DNA from: Candidatus Omnitrophota bacterium | GTDB lineage: Bacteria > Omnitrophota > Gorgyraeia > Zapsychrales > Zapsychraceae | Reading direction: 5' to 3' | Assembly (NCBI GenBank): GCA_015233405.1 | Contig: JADFXT010000005.1 | Location: 74,210 to 138,209 of the forward strand | DNA length: 64,000 bases | Shown here: piece after piece, positions 34,001 to 40,474 of the stretch | Layout: the number at the start of each line of letters is the position of its first letter | Numbering within the stretch: the stretch's first letter is position 1 | Notes under the pieces: model-generated | Seen by the model: only the letters and a program-made list of their open reading frames with translations | What the model was told of the DNA's origin: nothing | Database searches by the model: none | Made by a program: the position numbers and the translations under genes

Positions 34001-34429
34001 GAGACTGCTTGGGCAAAAGGAGATCAGAAAGCCCTTGAATATTTCCGTCAGCTTCAAACAGGCGAAGTTAAAGAATTAGCTATTGAACGAATCGCCCGAG
34101 GGCCGGAGTTTGGGTTAAGCGCTCATCGAGCTTTGCAGGAATGGTATAAACAAGGAATGCCAAAAAATATTTCCGAAACAACAGACAAGGCGATGGCGAC
34201 CCCCGGCGGTATTGACTTAAATGCGAAAAACCTCGACATGAATGTGTCCAAGGAAGGGAACGGCATTGAGATAAAGTTTGACCCGGCGATGGTGGAACAG
34301 TTTAAGCGCGGAGATTTTTCCGGGATCGTGCCCGTCATTATCCGTATTACTCCTATCGAAAGTCCGTTTCCGCTTCTCGGTTTAGAAGTCCCTCGAGAAA
34401 AGGCGATAGAGGTCTCTAAGAAATCCTAA
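23774..34429 (+). CDS. giant modular secreted protein 2 (3551 aa): signal peptide + shared N-domain, 12 junction-delimited modules, shared C-domain
   Basis: Uninterrupted 10.7-kb ORF. Its ATG overlaps the stop of gene 1 (TAATG at 23772-23776). Signal peptide …TTVIPPSYAQ|V. Termini are shared with gene 1. Confidence 0.85.
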   Translation: MKNNINKHIISQRQTVKRIISAAILVAFIFTTVIPPSYAQVMNPAAIGGEASPTSLVGGLPQPGSMVDLTPAFMPTLIKGLKVHPENPLLFDFILDTGKSGIGVNTPEFKSESEKLIKYFLASMTIKESDLWVNLSPYEKNRIATDELGKTELGRDMLAQDYILKQLTASLMYPEKEIGKDFWNKVYAEAKQKFGTTDIPTDTFNKVWIVADKAKIFEHNDAAYVVGAHLKVMLEEDYEALKASAESRATARDLAASHNVGAGFPRPDHKGRGNRAPTAIIKKIIIPAIEKEVNEGKNFATLRQMFYSMILATWYKQALKDALLNQVYSDKAKIGGVTNNDPNIKEKIYAQYLEAFKKGAYNYIKEEYDPTTQQVTPKKYFSGGLEIGVGKVLARQAIQTPETDNAMKPNGDMAMVTTKLDKNIDRAMTSMERREFLSALGGLVTAGAVLGGGGFLVYKGVRAVDKIAKQEEEKFSKEWNEFVKTPEGLRIQKMVDAYWAEIKMPYYRGIPDLKEYRGKLAAATIITDKKITTLVDAFRYTSSAISMLGTPLLDDKLSTRMAMVSVSSGKDIGLFVKAYQYIDDKNTNSTLGLHQESMVDIAVAAVTTGKDTQAFLNAYRFMKSYDKFRAASGESSAVQRAITAVTTGKDLEAFAKAFEYMTNYNNVGTNINDELAAQMAVAVVATDKAPEALAKAFRYIKNTGLSDELAAQMAVVAVTTGKDPEAFAKAFRYSKDNVPPDFLISDEIAAELAVVAVTTGKDIADFVMVFQYMKGYENGTSPLSDELATRMAIAAILSGKNKKAFVEAFKYLQDGENQLFYLNDEGRVQMAIASVVTGKNIKAFATAYRYVNDQVGSHGILDDGLLIVRMVIVGMAPEFFNKDLTGVDSLNESLGPVAGSILGAVFLGMPVLGAILGGGSLGGAAIGYLIAGPIGALLGAILLADDYKERPDNWSDLANLHALQKVTASPATRSVNADKAMGAELSDHAMVTPGLNSYFNYSEKLKISGGDLETLAQKFALYLDKVVNNKYRKMPYRYLPDQWQKRLNGINEFLLRTPLYQGKLQDGSPIYQYMIVPLFNLNGVKSIGAMIEPGDGRSSPHHYIYLGIEPYLLSVEDPKILINAVLDQIKVNQNDSSSYKAWRNYYTQGLLSEVEEADKAMTADREKDATTEVLTQEDLNELIRLIDEHDDIRFDTSNAVKAIELRQPEIVTRFERDLDENRRWLAQAVVEGLLNNKEWARKAVAEHGLMNQSNFREILDSALDMRKVEALKVYLWNRQWFVDVVVQEVKASPKGAQDFLYKLLEDNNHGDNCFWAWEAVLALAREGNAWAKDTLFSWAKSYSTSSYYSPEDLAIKMARQIILMEAYAGQSWVGDLKDVSDVIKNEKAPEHPILRERSEGISPTIFESFMAPELHISPEESEYYFKALGVTKASYNVLQKAINKTMPDAINKAMSEEREKATKIQRWQNKISKKKALEFENTIKKRAMKDVGIQAQVMKEVMNHSSLAVIMIARQNIEDYAQKDNRGNERGFGDYVGGHYGGGYREGNSDEGSRTSSGDSGWSITGLGGLLNPANPLSPLSPLNMMDLAMTADANLTETDVVRVAGNEGSFEAEYHEKPTVVVLAPGRANGDGEHVDYPTFRIYTSPDGSATIIPHNYSAPIAIQNNILISAKPRTDNKIVAWAKDYKTRYEFDLNDLEKLTKSDSLKGDKFWANYLLGAYQIAKNQGRSFKGAEFVIEGNVPTSGGVSSSSAYSVALSIAFSQMFGWNLHNSKVGKVELALFARDAERSELVGSSCGYLDQLASIFGKKDHITLIDYGEVPVFLEKLEKGLATDADVDRLIQNISMKPVLDKGYKFMLFNSNVERPAGGLGATNYNVRADYELPEGGRILSALLGTAWAPHVSAYTLADLERVKSQWPTGDYTYVDKRDGKTYTVSYATIFKRVRYVLGEKERTLAFIAAAKVGDVEAMMRALNATGDGLMMDGDFQISAYVDKDGNVLDDTLDILVKVLRENGAAARMMGGGGGGSVILLVKKEFDTPEWRQKIIDEVKLRSKTHKVVSVIGDVIASEGARVVKESPDKAMVAETQVETFFDLPVDIENVGDILNDILQEKGKKSWTGLAKEALNQPQKEKKSSAFSLLYIQRRDGRRESIPLSSNFLIRMALKKVISKILDKYASRHEKRRFHIAVYKEPGENGYFDLVIVPQEPFVFPEPQVLNFMRNTFVTKWLDENGNRLLFIDSLKYNLKKAKAPRADHPEEIVSFIQKTFDGRVPVKLNESNNFVFGDENLSLEVNSDSYAKDFSPKLESAIEQALEAHREFESISGLLTYSDNAMLTHRFTSFLTKPFLLMALASTLGAAPSLNDLNLKKQVNPLEQLSNEDLRRQTNLRKDANIFFEVARRASQYKDSSSYDLLNKEALEYPGAIVALDTIANSGQYFAEDAKNTLEMLSIEHYKKILLLPFQLISEEAKEEYIYGLGILVSYDNLDAYQFLMGHEIFLKNLAARSIVYQYHQRHPKAPWMIYFNNNSAKIDSTTKSDKAMMSGNALTPFGILVFLASYFNLPSNSYASGSGGGVVNAPLTVTTGQTTSSVDMSRTKHFILKQKTASALIGGGEKIVSQLIKLALRNDIAMSELIVIAGEKNNPEAEAAKKFLDTINFQMIRNAQDPTADKRAQDKNFKKILSLLAGYGRADALTNLYFSARANDLYSLSLIENLAYQGNHTAFTTLTWLITKYSQLAAVVALRGMSFAPDNKFTNKGIKSDAIEFLNNNEALIEKIESTPPQSQSAIDKAMTTEKSKDLLDVLQQIGTLKENDVDTFVNLYPPDQQLDIRNLIKRARNVSTFGVSYILQEVEKSLKTEEERSEFELKLRGVLEAAHEIQKENFIRTSNGVDLKNVDILKIDAAAEERIQLILKIIANPLDPRREDTLNRLFIAPMETVYLLKEARIWDADHQTHVETAIRNALLSIKSIFPIIANPRHPRNQDALNFLRESYLRKKTDEILKLAQEWDIAVPGYHVEQKIAEAFKLKNKADQKTDSAMTAKVVADVWNLAKEMPYSFVSPYNKISLSRPHGFTNAYPQAVTRFSEDQKTFYIRFSGSAPGLDLESDATYLIEKMREILPSDYELAFYVPSNISKEASHQTLEISVKAPADQAMTTELNTTTPVFRADAVKQQASFNYGVGIYSYPSALAKVKYFKGLDERLRPLWQALKNIAQDFPDAVDVPELGELHFTMTSRPTDIHGRPFKENPSILIQPFTPEELAKYMQEAKEALNIANPNPFSSQQLKGSLTRIPAGVIYWTIDKGSPFDTWVNSLRQGFNNSAWSIYEPGTKNFFKVTMTLFRIKNKNLPDTVLNEIDARAAKVIAEFAPEGNLSFQGPFYLNDVEVGQGFYVNWQPVNVERISLQTTPTKETAWAKGDQKALEYFRQLQTGEVKELAIERIARGPEFGLSAHRALQEWYKQGMPKNISETTDKAMATPGGIDLNAKNLDMNVSKEGNGIEIKFDPAMVEQFKRGDFSGIVPVIIRITPIESPFPLLGLEVPREKAIEVSKKS
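24551..24606. repeat. GC-rich double-hairpin palindromic element (type B), inserted in frame in giant gene 2
   Basis: GTAGG-GGCGGGG-ttt-CCCCGCC-ctgatcataaa-GGGCGCGG-taa-CCGCGCCC-CTAC: two hairpins bracketed by GTAGGGG/CCCCTAC. Translated as …VGAGFPRPDHKGRGNRAPT…. Confidence 0.75.
25055..26713 (+). other. module: Tat-like signal/TM start, ~8 degenerate ~35-40-aa repeats, glycine-zipper hydrophobic tail
   Basis: MTSMERREFLSALGGLVTAGAVLGGGG. Repeats of the form (D/S)ELAAQMAVVAVTTGKD-x-x-AFAKAFRY. Tail GPVAGSILGAVFLGMPVLGAILGGGSLGGAAIGYLIAGPIGALLGAILL. Confidence 0.6.
28541..30019 (+). other. galactokinase-like GHMP kinase module
   Basis: GRANGDGEHVDY (galactokinase signature G-R-x-N-x-x-G-E-H-x-D-Y). 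PTSGGVSSSSAYSVAL (GHMP P-x-G-x-G-[LV]-S-S-S-A). ERSELVGSSCGYLDQ (V-G-x-x-C-G-x-M-D-Q). RMMGGGGGGSVILLV (motif 3). Confidence 0.75.
30773..31393 (+). other. module starting with a Sec-type signal-like segment
   Basis: Junction Met, then MLTHRFTSFLTKPFLLMALASTLGAAPS. Confidence 0.4.
31394..32146 (+). other. module starting with a Sec-type signal-like segment
   Basis: Junction Met, then MMSGNALTPFGILVFLASYFNLPSNSYA|SGSGGG. Confidence 0.4.
34193..34426 (+). other. shared C-terminal domain, copy 2 (78 aa)
   Basis: MATPGGIDLNAKNLDMNVSKEGNGIEIKFDPAMVEQFKRGDFSGIVPVIIRITPIESPFPLLGLEVP…. Confidence 0.8.
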
Positions 34430-34499
34430 ATTAATTCTTTATATTTCCAGTTTCAGCCGCTTGCCAAAAACATTTTTAAGTGATATATTACCCGCAACT

Positions 34500-35837
34500 A
34501 TGATGAAATCAAAAGCAATTCGCAGCCTCATTTTAAGTATTCTCATTCTTCCGTTCGCTTATCCTCAAATTAGCTCTGCCCAAATCAATGCGCTTCCCCA
34601 ATTACCCATGGGGGAGAATAGTCCGACAGAAGAAGCATCCGAAAACTCATCTGATCGCTTTCTTATAGAAGCTTATCAATATTCTAGCGGCGGTAAAACC
34701 CTAGAAGCCATGGTTTCTGTTGGCAAAACGATCTTAAGCAATCCTTTGAACCCCAAAATCCCTGATTTTCTCGACGAATTTTCTAAAACACCGTCATTAA
34801 CTTCCCAACAGCAAATCGGGATTCTTCACATCGAAGATTTGATCAGCTATCTCGGGAATCTTAATCAGAAAATTAATTATTTTAAAGCCAAAAAAGATGA
34901 GCTTCAGGAACAGCTTATAAAAAACGGTTACGATGGATATGCTTTAACCGAAGAACTGTCCAAAGAACGGGCCACGGTTTGGCAAAAGAGTTTTACTCCC
35001 AAAGCTCATTGGTCCCAAGAAGATCTAAAGACGCACGACCCAATGGATGCCACCATCGAAATATTATCCGCCAAGAGTGAAGAGCTCAAAGTTGAAATTT
35101 TGGCGCTACAAGAAGAATTTAATCGTCTGAAACAATTAAATGCAAATTATGCCTCGCTTATTATTGAAAAAGACTCGACGAATTCCGAATTAATCAGCCG
35201 GAATAATGAACTTTATAAGCGACAATTGTCATTGATCATGCAAAAACTGAATGATTTTCAATCTGAGGTTCAGCATCGCAATAAGCGTATTGAACAATTG
35301 ACACGGCAGCTAGTTGATTCCGTCTTAAAACTTTCAGAGAAAGACCTTGCCCTTGAGAAACAATCCGAGCAAATCGCTTTGCTCAACGATCATCTCACGG
35401 AGCTGGAATCCCGGTTTGAATTAAGAGACCGCATTCTTAACGAGAAAGATGCTGCCTTTACATCATTAAAAGCTGATTTTGAAGATCTTAAGCTGCAAGC
35501 AATCAAGGAAAGGAAGGAGATTATCGCCTTAGTTTCTTCCAAAGAAAAAAAACTCGCCGAGTTAAGCGGCATTCTTAAACTTTATAAAGGAAAACTCGGC
35601 CAATCGTCTCAGAATGCTCACAAACAATCCTACGATATCCTTTCTTTGCAGAGACAATTGGCGCTTGTTAAAAAGCAATTATTTGAGAAGAATAGGATCC
35701 TACAGAAAACCCAACAGGCTTTTCAAGACCTAGAACGAAAACTTCTAGAAGTCGATGGAAAATTTAAAGACCAAGGTAACGAATCCGATAATTCTTCTAA
35801 AAAGACCAGAGATTCGCAGTCAGAGTTCCACTCATAG
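34500..35837 (+). CDS. secreted coiled-coil protein
   Basis: Signal peptide MMKSKAIRSLILSILILPFAYPQISSAQ|I, then long heptad-rich E/K/L/Q sequence. I prefer the ATG at 34500 to the TTG at 34461. Confidence 0.6.
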   Translation: MMKSKAIRSLILSILILPFAYPQISSAQINALPQLPMGENSPTEEASENSSDRFLIEAYQYSSGGKTLEAMVSVGKTILSNPLNPKIPDFLDEFSKTPSLTSQQQIGILHIEDLISYLGNLNQKINYFKAKKDELQEQLIKNGYDGYALTEELSKERATVWQKSFTPKAHWSQEDLKTHDPMDATIEILSAKSEELKVEILALQEEFNRLKQLNANYASLIIEKDSTNSELISRNNELYKRQLSLIMQKLNDFQSEVQHRNKRIEQLTRQLVDSVLKLSEKDLALEKQSEQIALLNDHLTELESRFELRDRILNEKDAAFTSLKADFEDLKLQAIKERKEIIALVSSKEKKLAELSGILKLYKGKLGQSSQNAHKQSYDILSLQRQLALVKKQLFEKNRILQKTQQAFQDLERKLLEVDGKFKDQGNESDNSSKKTRDSQSEFHS

Positions 35838-35946
35838 AAACCCATTCTTTCCTGTTTTCCGTCAGCAAAAATATCACAAACAAAGCTTTACACGTATAAA
35901 GAAATAGTTATATTACAAAATATATTCTATAGACGGAATTTAACCT

Positions 35947-36612
35947 ATGAAAACCATCAAAACAAAAGCCGTTATTTTTGACATGGACGGTGTTATTACC
36001 AACACCATGCCGGACCATTACCGCTGCTGGCATGCGGTATTCGCCCGCCATGGAATTCATGCCACGCATCTTCAGGTCTATCTACGCGAAGGCCAAAAAG
36101 GCATCGAATCTGTTTACGAAATCTTCGCCGAACACGGGAAAAAGATCACCTCCCAGGAAGCCAATCAAATCCTGGACGAGAAAGAAGTGTATTTTAAGAA
36201 AATCGTTCAACAACGATTTATCATTGGTGCACGGACTTTTTTAAAAGATTTACATCGCCGAGGATTCATTCTGGCTTTAGTGACAGGAACTTCCCGACAT
36301 GAGCTCCATAAAATACTTCCCAATAGTATTTATGATCTATTTAAAGTAATCGTCACAGGATCCGATGTGCGTCAAGGCAAGCCGCATCCTGAACCATATC
36401 TTTTGTGTATTAAGAAATTAGCCATCCATAACAAGGAAGCCGTCGTGATTGAAAATGCGCCGTTTGGCATTGAGTCGGCAAAACGCGCCGGGTTAAAATG
36501 CCTTGCCATTCAAACATCACTCCCTAAGAAATATTTAAAAAACGCTGACGCTGTTTTTCAATCTCTCAAAGAATTAAAACAAAAAGCAAAGTTCATTAAA
36601 ATTGATTCCTAA
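35947..36612 (+). CDS. HAD-superfamily hydrolase, beta-phosphoglucomutase/phosphatase subfamily
   Basis: Motif I FDMDGVITNT, motif II LVTGTS, motif III/IV KPHPEPYL…ENAPFGIESA. Confidence 0.75.
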   Translation: MKTIKTKAVIFDMDGVITNTMPDHYRCWHAVFARHGIHATHLQVYLREGQKGIESVYEIFAEHGKKITSQEANQILDEKEVYFKKIVQQRFIIGARTFLKDLHRRGFILALVTGTSRHELHKILPNSIYDLFKVIVTGSDVRQGKPHPEPYLLCIKKLAIHNKEAVVIENAPFGIESAKRAGLKCLAIQTSLPKKYLKNADAVFQSLKELKQKAKFIKIDS

Positions 36613-36619
36613 ATCCGCG

Positions 36620-37690
36620 ATGAACAGCCTTCATGGTTTTTCTAAAAAATTAATCTTATGGTATCAAAAAAATAAGAGGGACCTGCCGTTTCGCGAGACT
36701 AAAGACCCTTATAAAATTTGGATCTCGGAAGTGATGCTTCAGCAGACAACGGTCAACGCAGTCATTCCTTATTACAACCGTTGGATCAAAAAATTTCCGA
36801 CGGTAAAATCTGTTGCCAATGCCCCGGAACAAAAAATTCTTCACATGTGGCAAGGCTTAGGATATTACAGCCGGGCTAAAAACATCAAGAAAACCGCTGA
36901 ACAGATTTGCCAATCATTTCACGGAAAAATCCCTCAAGAATACCAACAACTCAGAAGCTTGCCCGGATTTGGGCCATATACAACAGGAGCGGTCTTAAGC
37001 ATTGCCTTCGATAAACGGTTTCCTATCGTCGATGCAAATGTCCGGCGGGTCATTATGAGAATTCTGGCGCTAAAAGGCTATGCCGAACCTTCTCAAGACG
37101 ATACAATTTATAAATTCTTAGATAAAACGCTGCCGGCCAAGAACGTGGGTGACTTTAACCAAGGATTAATGGAGTTAGGTGCGCTTATTTGTAAAAGCAA
37201 GAATCCCCAATGCATTTTATGTCCTATGAAAGAATTCTGCCAGGCTTACGAGAAAGGTATTCAGGAAATCATTCCTAAGCCAAAAATAAAAACCATTAGC
37301 GATGTGGACGCTGCCGTTGCGATTATTTGTAATAACAACAAATATTTAATTCAAAAACGGCCTTCCCAAGGGCTTTTAGCCGACTTATGGGAATTCCCCG
37401 GCGGGAAGATGGAAAAAGGAGAAACGATTTTAAACGCTCTAAAGCGGGAAATCAAAGAAGAACTACAAACGGACGTTGTTCAAGCCGAACACTTCCTAAA
37501 TGTCACGCACTTTTATACTCAATTTCGGGTAAGATTACATGTCTTTAATTGTGTTTTGAAAAATTATCCCCGAGAGACATCTTTACGTAAATGGGTGTCG
37601 GTTAAACAATTAAAAAAATACCCATTTCCCTCTGGAAGTGTTAAAATTATTGACAAATTATCGGAAAAATTAGAAGCAATAAAACAATGA
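36620..37690 (+). CDS. mutY: A/G-specific adenine DNA glycosylase MutY
   Basis: PYKIWISEVMLQQTTV, the HhH-GPD segment LPGFGPYTTGAVLSIAF, the Fe-S cluster loop C-x6-C-x2-C-x5-C (CKSKNPQCILCPMKEFC) and a C-terminal NUDIX-like domain (WEFPGGK…E). Confidence 0.85.
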   Translation: MNSLHGFSKKLILWYQKNKRDLPFRETKDPYKIWISEVMLQQTTVNAVIPYYNRWIKKFPTVKSVANAPEQKILHMWQGLGYYSRAKNIKKTAEQICQSFHGKIPQEYQQLRSLPGFGPYTTGAVLSIAFDKRFPIVDANVRRVIMRILALKGYAEPSQDDTIYKFLDKTLPAKNVGDFNQGLMELGALICKSKNPQCILCPMKEFCQAYEKGIQEIIPKPKIKTISDVDAAVAIICNNNKYLIQKRPSQGLLADLWEFPGGKMEKGETILNALKREIKEELQTDVVQAEHFLNVTHFYTQFRVRLHVFNCVLKNYPRETSLRKWVSVKQLKKYPFPSGSVKIIDKLSEKLEAIKQ

Positions 37691-39582
37691 GATCATCCAA
37701 AAATCAAGATTTAGGGCTTTTAAGCTATGATTCTTTTGCAAAACTTATTTGCTGTTTGTTCTTTTTAGCCTGGTTTCTCATTCATGCTTACCGTTATTTC
37801 TATTTTATATATAAGGATTGGGATTTAGCCTTTTTCACCCAATCCATGTGGCAGATGTCTCACGGACGGCAATATGCGTCGCTCTTCGGGACAAAACTTC
37901 TCGCCAATCATTCGAACTTCATCGCTTTTCTTATTCTTCCGCTATTTAAAATCATTCCGCATCCTCTAACCTTGATATCGTTAAAAATTTTATGCATTAC
38001 TCTAAGTGGATATATTTTATATATCATTGCGAAAGAACGATTATCTAAAGGGTTATCAATCATCGTCATGTTTCTTTATTTCTTTTATCTGCCAAACATG
38101 TACGGATTGCTTTATGAGTTCGACTTTGAAAGTCTGGCGCCGTTGTTCCTTTTTTTGTCATATCTCTACTATACAAAGAATAAATTAATCCCGTTTTACG
38201 TTTGCGCCCTAATCCTTATCAGCATTAAAGAAAACATGCCGCTTATTATTATAGCGTTTGGAATTTTTGCATTATTCCAAAAGGGCCGCAATAAAATAAC
38301 CTGGGGACTTGTTCCGATCATCGCCGGATTAACAAGTTTTTATTTGTTCACATCTATTGTCATCCCGTTTTTTAAAGGCAGCAGCGAACATCCGTATTTA
38401 TCACATTATCAGGCACTGGGCTCCAAAACCATTATGGATATTGGAAAAAGTTTCGTGACCAAACCCGGGAGCGTCGCCAAAATCATTACCCAGAAAATGA
38501 ATATAAATTTTTTATGGAACATTTTCTGGCCTTTAGCTTTTCTACCTTTGTTAAAACCAGCAGTTCTTTTCATTGTTCTTCCAATCTTCTTACAGCACCT
38601 TTTATCATCAGTTCTTCAAGAAAAAATGATTTTTTTCTATTACGTATTATCAATTTCTCCTTTTTTATTCATTGCCCTAGTTTCTTCTCTTGAGCTTATA
38701 AAAAAAAGAACACGAAACTGGCTTTTTAGTATTGTCATCTTGTTACTAATAGCCATCTCTGCCATAAATTTCCTTAAAAACAACCGCCGATTTATTCCTC
38801 GCATTTTTACCACCAGCATACACACTCAGCTAAATCATAAAAAATGGGAAATAGTTCAAAGAATCCCGGCAGATAAATCCGTAATTGCTACATTTAGCTT
38901 CTTGCCTGCGCTATCATCTAGAGACCATTTATACTCTTTCCATAGAATAATCCGAAACAAACCACACGTATCTGACAATGTGGATTATGCCCTAATTGAT
39001 TTCAATGACCGCGGCTTCTTTTATGGATTATATCTACAGCCTAAGAAGATGAGCCTACGCGTAAGAGACTTTGTCCAGAGGAACAACTTTTCTGTGATTG
39101 ATTCTGCCGATAGCGTTGTTTTATTTGGCAGCAATCAGAAAAACCCAAAGAAATTAGTTGAAATATTTCCATCAAAACTTTCAGAAGAAACCGCAGGAGG
39201 AGGGGCTTTTACTTTAGAAAAAGCTTACATAGACGAAGAGTTATCCGACACAAGACTAAACCGTTTTTTTTGTTTTTTCTGGCTCTCGCACACACAAAAA
39301 ATATCCAGCAATTATCAGATGCTTTTTGTTTTAAAGAAAAACAATGCTCCCATATTTCTTCAGCGGCGGATGATAGGATATGCGATTTATCCGACAAGTT
39401 GCTGGGAAAAAGGCGACTATGTTAAAGAATATTATAACTTAATTCTGCCGCCATTAAAAAAAGGGGATTACACGCTAGAAGTCGTTATTTTTAACCCTTC
39501 GGATTTCAAAAAAACAGACACAGCGCTTAGAACTATTCAAAAACAGCGCGTCACATTAGAACATTTTTCTATTTCAAATTAA
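37687..39582 (+). CDS. large polytopic membrane protein (DUF2079-like putative glycan polymerase/transferase)
   Basis: 631 aa with >=12 TM segments and a soluble C-terminal domain. 4-nt overlap with mutY. First gene of a glycan-type cluster. Confidence 0.45.
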   Translation: MRSSKNQDLGLLSYDSFAKLICCLFFLAWFLIHAYRYFYFIYKDWDLAFFTQSMWQMSHGRQYASLFGTKLLANHSNFIAFLILPLFKIIPHPLTLISLKILCITLSGYILYIIAKERLSKGLSIIVMFLYFFYLPNMYGLLYEFDFESLAPLFLFLSYLYYTKNKLIPFYVCALILISIKENMPLIIIAFGIFALFQKGRNKITWGLVPIIAGLTSFYLFTSIVIPFFKGSSEHPYLSHYQALGSKTIMDIGKSFVTKPGSVAKIITQKMNINFLWNIFWPLAFLPLLKPAVLFIVLPIFLQHLLSSVLQEKMIFFYYVLSISPFLFIALVSSLELIKKRTRNWLFSIVILLLIAISAINFLKNNRRFIPRIFTTSIHTQLNHKKWEIVQRIPADKSVIATFSFLPALSSRDHLYSFHRIIRNKPHVSDNVDYALIDFNDRGFFYGLYLQPKKMSLRVRDFVQRNNFSVIDSADSVVLFGSNQKNPKKLVEIFPSKLSEETAGGGAFTLEKAYIDEELSDTRLNRFFCFFWLSHTQKISSNYQMLFVLKKNNAPIFLQRRMIGYAIYPTSCWEKGDYVKEYYNLILPPLKKGDYTLEVVIFNPSDFKKTDTALRTIQKQRVTLEHFSISN

Positions 39583-39585
39583 ACA

Positions 39586-40467
39586 ATGATCGATTCTCTT
39601 AAAAAAATAGCGGCAATGTTTCGGGCCAAACACTGGATTAAAAATCTCTTTATTTTTGCTCCATTATTATTTTCCGGATGTTTCCTCAAAAATACTGAAT
39701 TTTTGCGCACATTGACGGCCTTTTCCGGTTTTTGTTTGATCACAAGCGGAGTCTACATCCTCAATGATTTCTTTGACAAAGAGATTGATAAGCTTCACCC
39801 TCAAAAAAAATACCGTTATTTTGTAAGTCATAACACAAACATAAAGACTGTTTTATTGCTAGGGCTATTATTATTTCTTACCGGTCTGGTTTTATGTTCA
39901 ACCATTAACCGCGCGACAGCACTCCTAGCGCTCGCCTATATATTTCTAAACATTTTTTACGCAACTTTTTTAAAAAACATTCCCTTTATCGAAATATTTT
40001 CTATCGTCTTAGGATTTCTCCTGCGCATATGGATCGGGTCGACCGCAGCTAATGTTTTGCCATCGTTTTTAATACAAGCCTGTATTTTATTTCTAGCGTT
40101 GTTCTTAGTCTTCACAAAAAGACGCTACGAACTACTGGTCTTAAAAGAAGAATCTTCCCTGCATCGGCCGGTCTTAAAATATTACAATGTAAACATGTTC
40201 GATCAGTTGATACTCGGATCGTTTGTTTGCGCCATCATTTTTTATGTGTCATATATTCTTAAGATCAGTTCTTCTTTGGCGCAGCATACTCACCACAACA
40301 TCATTTATTCACTCATCTTTGTTGTCTATGGAATGGCCCGGTATTTATATCTTGTCTATATCAAGAAAATGGGCGACGACCCTTGTGAAGTGATTCTTTC
40401 TGATAAGTGGCTATTGGTCAATATCCTTTTATGGCTTTCTTTTAATTTCCTAGTCCTTTACTTTTAA
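39586..40467 (+). CDS. UbiA-family prenyltransferase (decaprenyl-phosphate phosphoribosyltransferase-like)
   Basis: N-D-x-x-D-x-x-x-D motif (LNDFFDKEIDKLHP) after TM2. 8-9 TM segments. 293 aa. Confidence 0.7.
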   Translation: MIDSLKKIAAMFRAKHWIKNLFIFAPLLFSGCFLKNTEFLRTLTAFSGFCLITSGVYILNDFFDKEIDKLHPQKKYRYFVSHNTNIKTVLLLGLLLFLTGLVLCSTINRATALLALAYIFLNIFYATFLKNIPFIEIFSIVLGFLLRIWIGSTAANVLPSFLIQACILFLALFLVFTKRRYELLVLKEESSLHRPVLKYYNVNMFDQLILGSFVCAIIFYVSYILKISSSLAQHTHHNIIYSLIFVVYGMARYLYLVYIKKMGDDPCEVILSDKWLLVNILLWLSFNFLVLYF

Positions 40468-40474
40468 TTCTAAA

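Noticed and set aside
16341-34429. Giant ORFs as an artefact of an alternative genetic code or stop-codon read-through of an operon of about 20 genes.
   Set aside because: Neighbouring genes end with TAA, TAG and TGA, so all three stops are in use. The giant frames contain no in-frame stop at any junction, so no recoding is required. The junctions carry a conserved peptide motif (D-x-A before the Met) rather than stop-codon remnants.
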